Positions 10,582-19,178 of a DNA stretch of 64,000 bases are shown in pieces. The DNA lies in contig CANQQT010000003.1 of NCBI GenBank assembly GCA_947626065.1, positions 45,618 to 109,617 on the forward strand, written 5' to 3'. Under the pieces are notes generated by a model. The model saw only the letters and a program-made list of their open reading frames with translations, did not search any database and was not told where the DNA came from. Origin of the DNA: an uncultured Clostridia bacterium. Lineage in GTDB: Bacteria > Bacillota > Clostridia > Oscillospirales > CAG-272. How positions within the stretch are numbered: position 1 is the stretch's first letter; every line of letters starts with the position of its first letter. Made by a program: the position numbers and the translations under genes.

Positions 10582-11988
10582 GTGAGCGGCTCCTACATTC
10601 CCTTTACGGAAGAGATGAAAAAAACCTATACCATTCTGGCACCGACGATGCTTCCGATGCATTTCCGCATGGTCGCCGCCGTTCTCAACAGCTTCGGTTA
10701 TCGGGTGGAGCTCCTCGACGGAAATTCCCCCGATATTCCCGAAACCGGCCTGCGGTACGTTCATAACGACACCTGTTACCCGGCGATTCTCGTCATCGGG
10801 CAGTTTATCACGGCGCTGGAGTCGGGAAAGTACGATCCCCATAAAACCGCGCTGATATATTTTCAGACCGGCGGAGGCTGTCGGGCCTCCAACTACATTT
10901 CCCTCCTGCGCAAGGCGCTGAAAAAGGCGGGATACGGCTACGTTCCGGTCATTTCCATCAGCTTTTTGGGGCTGGAAAAGCATCCCGGCTTCCACCTGAC
11001 CCTTCCGATGCTCCACGGGCTGATCTACGGCCTCCTTTACGGGGATCTGCTGATGAACACCGTCAATCAGGTACGGCCCTATGAAAAGGTGAAGGGAAGC
11101 GCCGAGGCGCTGGCCGCGAAGTGGACGGAGAGGCTCGGAAAGGAGCTGGGGAGCGGGAAGCCGATTCGCTACAGGAAGGTAAAGGAAAACTATTCCCGGA
11201 TTTTAAACGATTTCGCTTCCCTTCCCACCGTTCCCCGCGACACCGTCCGGGTGGGCATCGTAGGGGAAATTTTCGTGAAATATTCTCCTCTCGGAAACAA
11301 CAATCTTGAGAATTTTCTGATTTCCGAGGGCGCCGAAACGGTGGTTCCCGGGCTTGTCGACTTTTTCCTCTACTGTGTGTACAATTCTCTGCACGATTAC
11401 GGGATCTACAAATTCGGAGTGCTGAGCCACGCGGTAAGCAAGGCGGCCTTCTCCTTCCTCTGTAAAAAGAAAAACGATCTGATTGCCGCCACCGTTTCCC
11501 ACGGAAGATTCCGCCCGCCGACCGATTTCCGCCACGTGATCCGGCTGGCCGACGGCTACATAGACACCGGAACCAAAATGGGGGAGGGCTGGCTTCTTAC
11601 CGCCGAAATGCTGGAGCTTTCGGAGATGGGGGTCAAGAACGTCGTCTGCACCCAACCCTTCGGATGCCTACCGAACCATATTTGCGGGAAGGGCATGATG
11701 AAGCCGATCAAGGAGAGGAATCCCGATATGAACATCGTCGCCATCGATTACGACGCGGGAGCCTCGGCGGTCAATCAGGAGAACCGGCTGAAGCTGATGC
11801 TCGCCTACGCAAGAGAAAAGGAGAAGGAAAAAGCGCAAGTGCAAGCACACGCGCAAGTGCACGCACAGGCGCAAGCGGCAGAACCCACAGTGGAAAAATC
11901 CACAGCGGAAAAATCCACAGAAGCATTCGCATCGGAAGCATTCGCCGCGGAAATACCGGCGGCGGCCTCAACCGACGGTAGGGGGTAA
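10582..11988 (+). CDS. 2-hydroxyacyl-CoA dehydratase-like protein (partner of the activase)
   Basis: A GTG start lies 7 nt after AAGGAAG. HNDTCYPAILVIGQ and VCTQPFGCLPNHICGKG motifs are typical of this family. The C-terminal tail is a repeat-derived low-complexity sequence. Confidence 0.8.
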   Translation: MSGSYIPFTEEMKKTYTILAPTMLPMHFRMVAAVLNSFGYRVELLDGNSPDIPETGLRYVHNDTCYPAILVIGQFITALESGKYDPHKTALIYFQTGGGCRASNYISLLRKALKKAGYGYVPVISISFLGLEKHPGFHLTLPMLHGLIYGLLYGDLLMNTVNQVRPYEKVKGSAEALAAKWTERLGKELGSGKPIRYRKVKENYSRILNDFASLPTVPRDTVRVGIVGEIFVKYSPLGNNNLENFLISEGAETVVPGLVDFFLYCVYNSLHDYGIYKFGVLSHAVSKAAFSFLCKKKNDLIAATVSHGRFRPPTDFRHVIRLADGYIDTGTKMGEGWLLTAEMLELSEMGVKNVVCTQPFGCLPNHICGKGMMKPIKERNPDMNIVAIDYDAGASAVNQENRLKLMLAYAREKEKEKAQVQAHAQVHAQAQAAEPTVEKSTAEKSTEAFASEAFAAEIPAAASTDGRG

Positions 11989-11989
11989 A

Positions 11990-12475
11990 ATGGACGACCG
12001 CGATTTTATGAAGCTGGCGCTTGCCGAGGCCGAGGCCGCCGCTCGACAGGGAGAGGTGCCGGTCGGCGCTCTTCTTGTGAGGAATGGGGAGATTCTCTGC
12101 GCCGACCGCAACCGCCGGGAAGGCGACCGAAACGCGACGGCGCACGCGGAGCTCCTCTGCATCAGGCGAGGGTGCGAGCTCCTCGGCGGCTGGCGGCTCC
12201 CCGGCTGTACCCTCTACGTGACGATGGAGCCCTGCCCGATGTGCGCGGGAGCGGTCATCAACGCAAGGGTCGAGCGGGTGGTGTTCGGGGCTTACGACAG
12301 CCGGGCGGGGGCCTTTGGGAGCCTCATCAACCTTTCCGCCTATCCCTTTAACCACCGCCCGGAGATCGTGGGAGGGGTTCTTGAGGAGGAATGCCGACGC
12401 CTTCTTTCGGATTTTTTCGGCAGACTGCGGAAGCGGCAGGGGCCTAACAGAGAAGACGGGAGCGGGGAGGCTTGA
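11990..12475 (+). CDS. tadA: tRNA-specific adenosine deaminase
   Basis: The 161-aa ORF has the zinc-deaminase motifs HAE and PCPMCAGA. Confidence 0.9.
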   Translation: MDDRDFMKLALAEAEAAARQGEVPVGALLVRNGEILCADRNRREGDRNATAHAELLCIRRGCELLGGWRLPGCTLYVTMEPCPMCAGAVINARVERVVFGAYDSRAGAFGSLINLSAYPFNHRPEIVGGVLEEECRRLLSDFFGRLRKRQGPNREDGSGEA

Positions 12476-12933
12476 AAAACCGCCGGAGGCTTCCCTTTTT
12501 CGGAAGTCCCTCAAAGGGCGAAAAGCTCCTTTCCGAACCGAACCGGCAAAGGCCTCTTTTGAACAAGCGAAAAAGGCCTTTTCAACAGGCAAAAAGCTCC
12601 TTTTCTCAAAGAGCCCAAAACCTCAAAATCAAAAAGCGCCTACGGAAGAACGAGAATCCGTTCAAATCCGTGAGGCGCTTTTTCGCTGTCCTTTTCGGTG
12701 CAAAAGGAACCTTCAATACGCCAGATTTTGAAAATTCGTCAAATACGGGGGCCGGGAAAGCAGGCCGCCGGGGTTGCCGCAGACTTCCGAGACGTCTCAG
12801 AAGGCCGGGTTGCCACAGAAAACCGGGTCGCAGAAAGCAGGAGTCGCCGCAGAAAACCGGAATTGCCCGCAGAAAATCGGAGTCGCCGCAGAAAGCCGGG
12901 GCCGCCCGCAAGAAATCTGGAGCCGCGAGGCCG
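12476..12933. repeat. Long degenerate repeat tract (two motif families)
   Basis: 12476..12700 carries aaaagc/ctttt-type units (cgaaaagctcctttcc, gcgaaaaaggccttttc, ggcaaaaagctcctttt). 12780..12930 carries GCCGCAGAAA(A/G)CCGG-like units repeated at least 5 times. The 461-aa + ORF across it is not credible. Confidence 0.7.
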
Positions 12934-13641
12934 TCAGCCGCGAGAGAGCGACTTTTTTCTTTTCTTCCGGATATAGCGGTCGGCGGCGAAAATTCCGGCG
13001 CCGAGAAGGGCGGTGGCAAAGCAGAGGCAGAGGACGGTGAAAAGCCACGTGTCGGTGAAGGAGGTGGCGATGCCGTATTGCTTGGCGTAGGAGGCGGCGG
13101 TCGGGTTATCCTTCACAAGGAGAATCAGCCGTTCGCATCCGGTGAAGACGTCCACCCCGATTTCGGTGAGGGAGGCCGGAATTTTTGTTTTCCCGAGCAT
13201 CAGACAGCCCGAAAAGGCAAAATCGCCGAGGGTTTTGAGCGTGTCGGGAAGGGTGAGCGAGGCAAGAACCGTGCAGTCCCGGAAGGCGCTGGCTTCGATG
13301 ACCTCGGTTCCGGAGTCGAAGCGGACGGTGACAAGATTTTTGGCCTCGGCAAAGGCATATTCCCCTACCGTGAGGACGGAGGAGGGAATTTTTACCTCGG
13401 TAAGGGCGGCGTTTCCCCGGCAGGCGAAGGGGGCGATATGCCGGACCGGCATTCCCTCGATGGTCTCGGGAATATTCATGACCGTCCCGACGGCGTTGAA
13501 GCCCTCGACGGTGACCTCCCCGTCGCTTATACTGTAAAATATGCCGTCGTCGGTCTCGGAAACCTCCGGAACGGCGGCCCCGCTGAGGGACAGCAGGGAG
13601 GAAAGAAGGAGGAAGGCGAGAAGAAAGGCGATTTTTTTCAT
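12934..13641 (-). CDS. Surface protein with BspA-type leucine-rich repeats, signal peptide and C-terminal TM anchor
   Basis: It has an N-terminal signal (MKKIAFLLAFLLLSSLLSLSGAA) and repeated AF..C..L..V.IP.SV..IG..AF motifs. A C-terminal hydrophobic helix is followed by KKRKK. Confidence 0.7.
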   Translation of the reverse strand: MKKIAFLLAFLLLSSLLSLSGAAVPEVSETDDGIFYSISDGEVTVEGFNAVGTVMNIPETIEGMPVRHIAPFACRGNAALTEVKIPSSVLTVGEYAFAEAKNLVTVRFDSGTEVIEASAFRDCTVLASLTLPDTLKTLGDFAFSGCLMLGKTKIPASLTEIGVDVFTGCERLILLVKDNPTAASYAKQYGIATSFTDTWLFTVLCLCFATALLGAGIFAADRYIRKKRKKSLSRG

Positions 13642-13864
13642 GGCGGAGCTCCTTTTGGGCGGAAGACAGGGTTCCTTTTGACGCTGAGAAGGTTTGAAAG
13701 GAATCTTTTTCTACATTTTATCATAAAATGTTCCGTATCGCAACAGAAAAAAAGAAAATTAACAAAATGCCCCGCCTTTCCCCCCGAAATAGAAGGGATG
13801 CTACACCCCGCTTCGGCAGACTTCGCGGAGGAAATGCGGTATAATCGGATACGGTGATGGGAAA

Positions 13865-14740
13865 ATGAAGCAGACATTGTACGGGGACGTTCTCTTCCTC
13901 GTGAATTTCACGATGGACTTTTTGACGCTTTTCGTCACGGCGCAGATTCTGCACCGGCGCGTAAGCACGAAGCGCCTTGCGGCGGCGGCCGCCGTCGGGG
14001 CTCTTTACGGGGTGGCGGCCTGTTTTATGAAGGGCATCTGGCTTTTTAGAATCGCCGTTCATCTCGCGGTTTCGGTTCTGATGTGCCGGATCGTCTTCCA
14101 GGGGAGGCTTCTTCCCTGCTGCGCCCTTTTCTACGGTACGGGCTGCCTGCTCGGCGGGATTCTGACGGCGCTGTTCGGCTTGATAAGCAACCTCGCGGGA
14201 GGCGTCCCCACCTTTTCAAGCGGAGGGACGGTTCTCCCGGGAAGGATTCCGCTCGGCTGGATGGCCGTGGCGGCGGCGGGCGCGGGAGCGGCGGCGGTTG
14301 CCTTCGGCAGGTATGAACGAAAGCGGAGGACGGCGGTCGAGGTGCTCCTCACGGTGTCGGTATTCCCGGGGCAGGAAGGGAAGAGCCTTCGCGGCCTCTG
14401 CGACAGCGGAAATCTCCTCTCCGATCCGGCGAGTGGCCGTCCGGTCGTCCTTGTGGCCAAGCGGGCCCTTCTGCCGCTTCTTCCCGAGCCGCTCCTCCCG
14501 CTCTTTTCCGGGGAGGACGTCACGAAAATGGCCGATCTTCCCGGGGAGTACCTCCGCGCGGTCAGGCTGATTCCCTCCGAATCGGTGGGTGGGCGCCGCC
14601 TTCTTCCCGGGCTTCTCCCGGCGAGGATTCTTGTCGACGGCATCGAAAGGAGCGCGGTGATCGCCTGCGCTCCTTCCGGAACCGAGAGCTTTGGTGGGGC
14701 GGAGGCGCTGGTTCCCGCACTCCTCTGCACGGGAGGCTGA
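13865..14740 (+). CDS. spoIIGA: Sigma-E processing peptidase SpoIIGA
   Basis: It has a typical N-terminus ([17 protein letters not shown]), multi-TM segments and the aspartic-protease motif GLCDSGNLL. It lies immediately upstream of sigE. Confidence 0.85.
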   Translation: MKQTLYGDVLFLVNFTMDFLTLFVTAQILHRRVSTKRLAAAAAVGALYGVAACFMKGIWLFRIAVHLAVSVLMCRIVFQGRLLPCCALFYGTGCLLGGILTALFGLISNLAGGVPTFSSGGTVLPGRIPLGWMAVAAAGAGAAAVAFGRYERKRRTAVEVLLTVSVFPGQEGKSLRGLCDSGNLLSDPASGRPVVLVAKRALLPLLPEPLLPLFSGEDVTKMADLPGEYLRAVRLIPSESVGGRRLLPGLLPARILVDGIERSAVIACAPSGTESFGGAEALVPALLCTGG

Positions 14741-14792
14741 AAGCGCTTCCCGGAGTCGTATTTTCATCCAAAAAGAAAGGACGGGGCAAACG

Positions 14793-15497
14793 ATGTCGTT
14801 ATTTTCATCCCTGAAGCAGGCGCTGAGGCGCCTTCTTACGAGGCGGGGAGGCGTTTTCTACATCAACGGGCCGGAAACGCTCCCTCCTCCGCTTTCCCAT
14901 GAGGAGGAGAGCGAAATTCTTGAAAAGCTGGACGGAGGGGACGGGTCTCTCCGGTCGGTGCTGGTGGAAAGGAATCTGCGGCTGGTGGTTTATATCGCCA
15001 AGAAATTCGAGAACACAAGCGTCGGCATTGAGGATCTGATTTCCATCGGAACCATCGGGCTGATCAAGGCCATCAATACCTTTAAACCCGACCGAAACAT
15101 CAAGCTTGCCACCTACGCCTCCCGCTGTATCGAAAACGAAATTCTGATGTACATTCGCAAGACCGGCAACCGACGCTGTGAGCTTTCGATCGACGAGCCA
15201 CTGAACACCGACTGGGACGGGAACGAGCTTCTCCTCTCCGACGTGCTGGGAGGGGACGAGGATACCGTCTACCGGGACATGGAGAGCGACGAGGATCGCC
15301 GCACGGTGGAGCAGGCGATTGAAAAGCTGACGCCCCGGGAGCAGACCATCATCCGGCTCCGCTTCGGCATCGGGGGCGGGAGCGAGAAGACGCAGAAGGA
15401 GGTCGCCGATCTCCTCGGCATCTCGCAGTCCTACATTTCCCGGCTGGAAAAAAGGATCATCTCCCGTCTGCGGGAGGAAATCAAGACGAAAATATGA
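14793..15497 (+). CDS. sigE: Sporulation sigma factor SigE (pro-sigma-E)
   Basis: ATG 14793 follows AAAGAAAGGA. A pro-sequence is followed by [13 protein letters not shown] and [16 protein letters not shown], then a region 4 HTH ([21 protein letters not shown]). Confidence 0.9.
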   Translation: MSLFSSLKQALRRLLTRRGGVFYINGPETLPPPLSHEEESEILEKLDGGDGSLRSVLVERNLRLVVYIAKKFENTSVGIEDLISIGTIGLIKAINTFKPDRNIKLATYASRCIENEILMYIRKTGNRRCELSIDEPLNTDWDGNELLLSDVLGGDEDTVYRDMESDEDRRTVEQAIEKLTPREQTIIRLRFGIGGGSEKTQKEVADLLGISQSYISRLEKRIISRLREEIKTKI

Positions 15498-15628
15498 CGC
15501 GAACAGGCTTCCCTCGGGCGTTGCGAGGCTTCCCGACTGTGATAGGCGGTGGGGCGGAGCGCACGCCTGACGGGTGGGACTTGTGTCCCCTGTAAGCGCG
15601 ACTTTTTTTCGCAGTTGCCTCCTTTGTA

Positions 15629-15657
15629 TTGACAAATGCGCCGCGTTTTTGTATAAT
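15629..15657 (+). promoter_or_regulatory. Sigma-A type promoter for glnA
   Basis: TTGACA (15629..15634), a 17-nt spacer, then TATAAT (15652..15657). Confidence 0.7.
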
Positions 15658-15703
15658 AAGGATAGACGGAAATCCAATCTCTTATGCAGGGAGAATATGC
15701 CTT

Positions 15704-16918
15704 ATGTATACAAAAGAAGAAGTGCTTCAGTTTGTCGAGGAGGAGGACGTGAAATTCATCCGCCTTGCCTTCAGCGACGCGTTCGGTCATCCGAAAAACA
15801 TTGCCATCATGGCGGGGGAGCTGGAAAGGGCCTTTTCCTCCGGCATCTCCTTTGACGCCTCCGCGGTTCCCGGCTTTACCGGGGTGGAGCGATCGGATCT
15901 TCTGCTCTTCCCCGACCCGTCGACGCTCGCCGTCCTGCCGTGGCGGCCCTCGCACGGGAAGGTGATAAGGCTTTACTGCCGCATCCAATACCCCGACGGG
16001 ACGCCCTTTGAGGCCGATACCAGAAGCTTTCTCCGGCGCACGGCGGAGGAGGTCGCGAAGGAAGGCCTTCTTTGCAGCGTCGGCCCGGAGTTTGAATTTT
16101 ATCTCTTCCGCACCGACGAGCAGGGAAATCCGACCTCCGAGCCCTACGACCGGGCGGGATATTTTGACATCGCGCCGGCTGACCGGGGAGAAAACTTCCG
16201 GCGGGAGGTCTGCCTGACGCTTGAAAAGATGGGCATCCGGCCGGAATCCTCCCATCACGAGGAGGGGCCGGGGCAGAACGAAATCGACTTCAAGTACAGC
16301 GATCCCCTCGCCGCGGCGGACAACGCCATGACCTTCAAGTGGGTAGTCATGGCCTCTGCCGCCTCCGAAGGGCTTTTCGCGGATTTCTCTCCCAAGCCGG
16401 TTCCGGGAGAGGCCGGGAGCGGAATGCATATCAACATTTCTCTCAGGGCGCCGGGGCGGGAAGAGGACGTCATGCCGAGCTTTATGGCGGGCATCCTCCT
16501 TCATATCGCGGAAATCACGAGATTTCTCAATCCGACGCCGGACTCCTACGAACGGCTGGGGAGCTTCAAGGCGCCGAAATACATTTCCTGGTCGCCGCAA
16601 AACCGCTCTCAACTGATCCGGATCCCCGCCGCCGACGGGGAATACCGGAGGATGGAGCTTCGCTCGGCAGACTGCGAAGCCGATCCGTATCTGGCTTTCG
16701 CCTTGCTTCTTCAAGCGGGACTGGACGGCGTCCGGCGAGGGCTGGAGCCCGGCGAGGCCTGCAACGTCAACCTCTACGAGGCGGGGGAGGAGTTGACAAG
16801 GGGACTGAAAAAGCTCCCCGCAACCCTTGCGGAGGCCACGAAGGCCGCGGCGGAGAGCGAATTTCTCCGGAAGGTTCTGCCCGACGCCCTGCGGAACGTC
16901 TATCTTTCGGAGGCATGA
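15704..16918 (+). CDS. glnA: Glutamine synthetase (short type I-like)
   Basis: MYTKEEVLQFVEEEDVKFIRLAFSDAFG is a classic GS N-terminus. The catalytic region has EEGPGQNEIDF and GSGMHINIS. The start was chosen at ATG 15704, after GGGAG. Confidence 0.9.
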   Translation: MYTKEEVLQFVEEEDVKFIRLAFSDAFGHPKNIAIMAGELERAFSSGISFDASAVPGFTGVERSDLLLFPDPSTLAVLPWRPSHGKVIRLYCRIQYPDGTPFEADTRSFLRRTAEEVAKEGLLCSVGPEFEFYLFRTDEQGNPTSEPYDRAGYFDIAPADRGENFRREVCLTLEKMGIRPESSHHEEGPGQNEIDFKYSDPLAAADNAMTFKWVVMASAASEGLFADFSPKPVPGEAGSGMHINISLRAPGREEDVMPSFMAGILLHIAEITRFLNPTPDSYERLGSFKAPKYISWSPQNRSQLIRIPAADGEYRRMELRSADCEADPYLAFALLLQAGLDGVRRGLEPGEACNVNLYEAGEELTRGLKKLPATLAEATKAAAESEFLRKVLPDALRNVYLSEA

Positions 16919-16927
16919 GGGGGACTT

Positions 16928-17518
16928 ATGATGCTTGACAGAGAACCGCGTCAAGTTCTCGTCGTCTCAGGGTCCGAAAAGGGAAGCAACTATCTTGCCT
17001 CCGCGCTTCCGTCCCCCGTTTTCGAGGTTTACGGCAGTGTGAACGGAGTCGCCGAGGCAAAGCGGAAGCTGGACGCGGGAGACTGTGACGTCGTCGTGGT
17101 GAACACGCCGCTGAAGGACGAATTCGGCGCGGATTTTGCCATCCGTCTGGCCGAGGAAGCCTCCTACGGAGTGATTCTGATTGTGAAAAACGAGGTCTAC
17201 GATCCCATCTGCTATAAGGCGGAGGGATCCGGCACGATCGTCCTCTCAAAGCCGCTTCCCGGCGGGGCCCTTGTGCAGGCGGTGCATATCGCCGCGGCGG
17301 TTCACGACCGGCTGGCGCGGGCCGAGAAAAAGACCGAATCGATTCTCAAGCGGATGGAGGAAATCCGGATTGTGAATCATGCGAAATGGATTCTGATTTC
17401 AAAGCTCGGCATGGACGAGGAGAGCGCCCACCGATTCATAGAGAAACAGGCGATGGATCTGAGGCAGACGAGAACCGAGGTCTCGCAGTTTCTGATCCGG
17501 ACCTACGAGAACCAATAA
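16928..17518 (+). CDS. ANTAR-domain RNA-binding regulator with receiver-like N-domain
   Basis: A receiver-like fold (VLVVSGSEKG...VVVVNTPL) precedes a C-terminal ANTAR signature (IVNHAKWILISKLGMDEESAHRFIEKQAMDLRQTR). The position next to glnA is consistent with nitrogen control. Confidence 0.8.
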   Translation: MMLDREPRQVLVVSGSEKGSNYLASALPSPVFEVYGSVNGVAEAKRKLDAGDCDVVVVNTPLKDEFGADFAIRLAEEASYGVILIVKNEVYDPICYKAEGSGTIVLSKPLPGGALVQAVHIAAAVHDRLARAEKKTESILKRMEEIRIVNHAKWILISKLGMDEESAHRFIEKQAMDLRQTRTEVSQFLIRTYENQ

Positions 17519-17526
17519 AGAAAAAA

Positions 17527-17572
17527 GGCCGGTCGCACAGCTTTTTTTGCTTGTGCGACCGGCCTTTTTTCT
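17527..17572. terminator. Bidirectional intrinsic terminator
   Basis: A 13-bp perfect stem pairs GGCCGGTCGCACA (17527..17539) with TGTGCGACCGGCC (17552..17564). It is flanked by an A-run upstream and a T-run downstream, between convergent genes. Confidence 0.85.
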
Positions 17573-17866
17573 TTAGTTGAACTCGGCTTCGTCCGCCGTG
17601 TCGTCGACGGGAATGTCGTGCCTCATGATGACGGCGTCGCGATCCTCGGGGCTTAAGGAATCGAGAATCATTTCGGTGTCAAAGCGCTCCTTGACCCGCT
17701 CCGCGACGAGAAATCCTCCGGCGACCGCCGAAATCACGCCGAGAATCGTGAAGGGGCCGGCGGTGTTTTTCTTGTCCTTGAAGAGATAGCAGATGACAAG
17801 GAAGAAGCAGGAGACCGATTGGACAATCAGCATGAGTCCTAAATAGAAACGCGTCTGTTTGATCAT
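17573..17866 (-). CDS. Small membrane protein, unknown function
   Basis: The 97-aa ORF has a GGAGGG RBS, two predicted TM helices and an acidic C-terminus. Confidence 0.5.
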   Translation of the reverse strand: MIKQTRFYLGLMLIVQSVSCFFLVICYLFKDKKNTAGPFTILGVISAVAGGFLVAERVKERFDTEMILDSLSPEDRDAVIMRHDIPVDDTADEAEFN

Positions 17867-17903
17867 AAGAATACCCTCCGTTTGAATGATAAGATATGAT
17901 TTC

Positions 17904-19016
17904 TCAGCTTTTGGCGCTGTTCATCTTGAGGTAGGCGTTGATAAAGCCGTCGATCCCCCCGTCCATGACGGAGGAAATGTCGGTTTCCTCATAGCCGGTG
18001 CGGGCGTCCTTGGCGAGCGTGTAGGGCATGAAAACGTAGGAACGGATCTGCGCTCCCCATTCGATGTCGGTTTTGACTCCCTTGATGTCGTCGATTTTCT
18101 GCAGGTTCTCCCGCTGTTTGATTTCCATCAGCTTGGATTTCAGCATTTTCATGGCGAAATCCTTGTTCTGGAGCTGACTGCGCTGTGTCTGACAGCCGAC
18201 GACGATGCCGGTCGGCTTATGGAGAATCCGAATGGCGGAGTCGGTTTTGTTGATGTGCTGTCCGCCGGCGCCGGAGGAGCGGTGAGCGGTGACCTCAATG
18301 TCCTCGTCGCGGATTTCGATGTCGTCGTTCATGTCGTCGAATTCCGGCATGACCTCGACGGAGGCAAAGGAGGTGTGGCGGCGGCCCGAGGCGTCGAAGG
18401 GAGAGACCCGTACCAGCCGGTGCACGCCGTTTTCGCTTTTTAAGAAGCCGTAGGCGTTGACCCCCTCGATGGTGATCGTCGCGCTTTTCAGCCCGGCCTC
18501 GTCCCCGTCCAGCCAGTCGACAAGGCGGACGGTGTAGCCGTGATTTTCTCCCCAGCGGGTGTACATCCGGTAGAGCATCTGCGCCCAATCCTGCGCCTCC
18601 GTCCCGCCCGCGCCGGGGTGGAAGGAGAGAATCGCGTTGTTCCGGTCGTATTCTCCGGTGAGAAGGGTTCCGAGGCGCATTTTTTCCTCGGTTTCAAGCA
18701 CCGATTTCACGCCGGAAAGCACCTCGTCAAGAACGCTTTCGTCGTTTTCCTCAATGCCCATTTCGCAGAGGACCAACGTATCCTCCAGCTTTCCGACAAG
18801 GGCCTCGTAATCCCCGATGGTCGTCTTTTTGTCCTTGATGGACTGAAGAATCTTGGCGGAATCGGGGGAGGACCAGAAATCGGGGACAAGAGTCTTTGCC
18901 TCCAGCTCCTGAATCTGCCTTTCGAGATCGTCGATGCGAAGCGCGCTTCTCAGATCCTCCACAGAGGCGCGGACAGAGTTCAGGGAGCGCTTGGCCTCAT
19001 CCAGTTGAATAATCAA
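17904..19016 (-). CDS. prfB: Peptide chain release factor 2 (single uninterrupted ORF)
   Basis: SPF motif (RVSPFDASGRRHTSF) and GGQ motif (SGAGGQHINKTDSA) are present. No CTT TGA frameshift site is seen; the equivalent codons read CTT CGC. Confidence 0.92.
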   Translation of the reverse strand: MIIQLDEAKRSLNSVRASVEDLRSALRIDDLERQIQELEAKTLVPDFWSSPDSAKILQSIKDKKTTIGDYEALVGKLEDTLVLCEMGIEENDESVLDEVLSGVKSVLETEEKMRLGTLLTGEYDRNNAILSFHPGAGGTEAQDWAQMLYRMYTRWGENHGYTVRLVDWLDGDEAGLKSATITIEGVNAYGFLKSENGVHRLVRVSPFDASGRRHTSFASVEVMPEFDDMNDDIEIRDEDIEVTAHRSSGAGGQHINKTDSAIRILHKPTGIVVGCQTQRSQLQNKDFAMKMLKSKLMEIKQRENLQKIDDIKGVKTDIEWGAQIRSYVFMPYTLAKDARTGYEETDISSVMDGGIDGFINAYLKMNSAKS

Positions 19017-19069
19017 AATTTTCCTCCCAAAGAAGGGGTTTCCTTTCCCGGAAAGCCTTCTTTACTTCT

Positions 19070-19097
19070 ATTATATCAGATTTTGGAAATTTGTAAA
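19070..19097 (-). promoter_or_regulatory. Putative sigma-A promoter for prfB
   Basis: The minus strand reads TTTACA (19092..19097), a 16-nt spacer, then TATAAT (19070..19075). Confidence 0.5.
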
Positions 19098-19178
19098 CAG
19101 TTTTTTTCGTTTTTCTTGAAAGAGTCTCAAAAACGGAGGCCGGAGGGAAGAAAGGGGCCCGGCCTGTCCCCGGGAGGG

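Noticed and set aside
12472-13857. A 461-aa + strand ORF
   Set aside because: It runs through the degenerate repeat tract and then antisense to the well-supported LRR surface-protein gene. It is low-complexity and Arg/Gly/Lys-rich.
18930-18960. Programmed +1 frameshift site expected in prfB
   Set aside because: The region equivalent to the CTT TGA C shift site reads CTT CGC ATC, and the gene is one continuous 370-codon ORF. This RF2 is simply of the non-frameshifting type.
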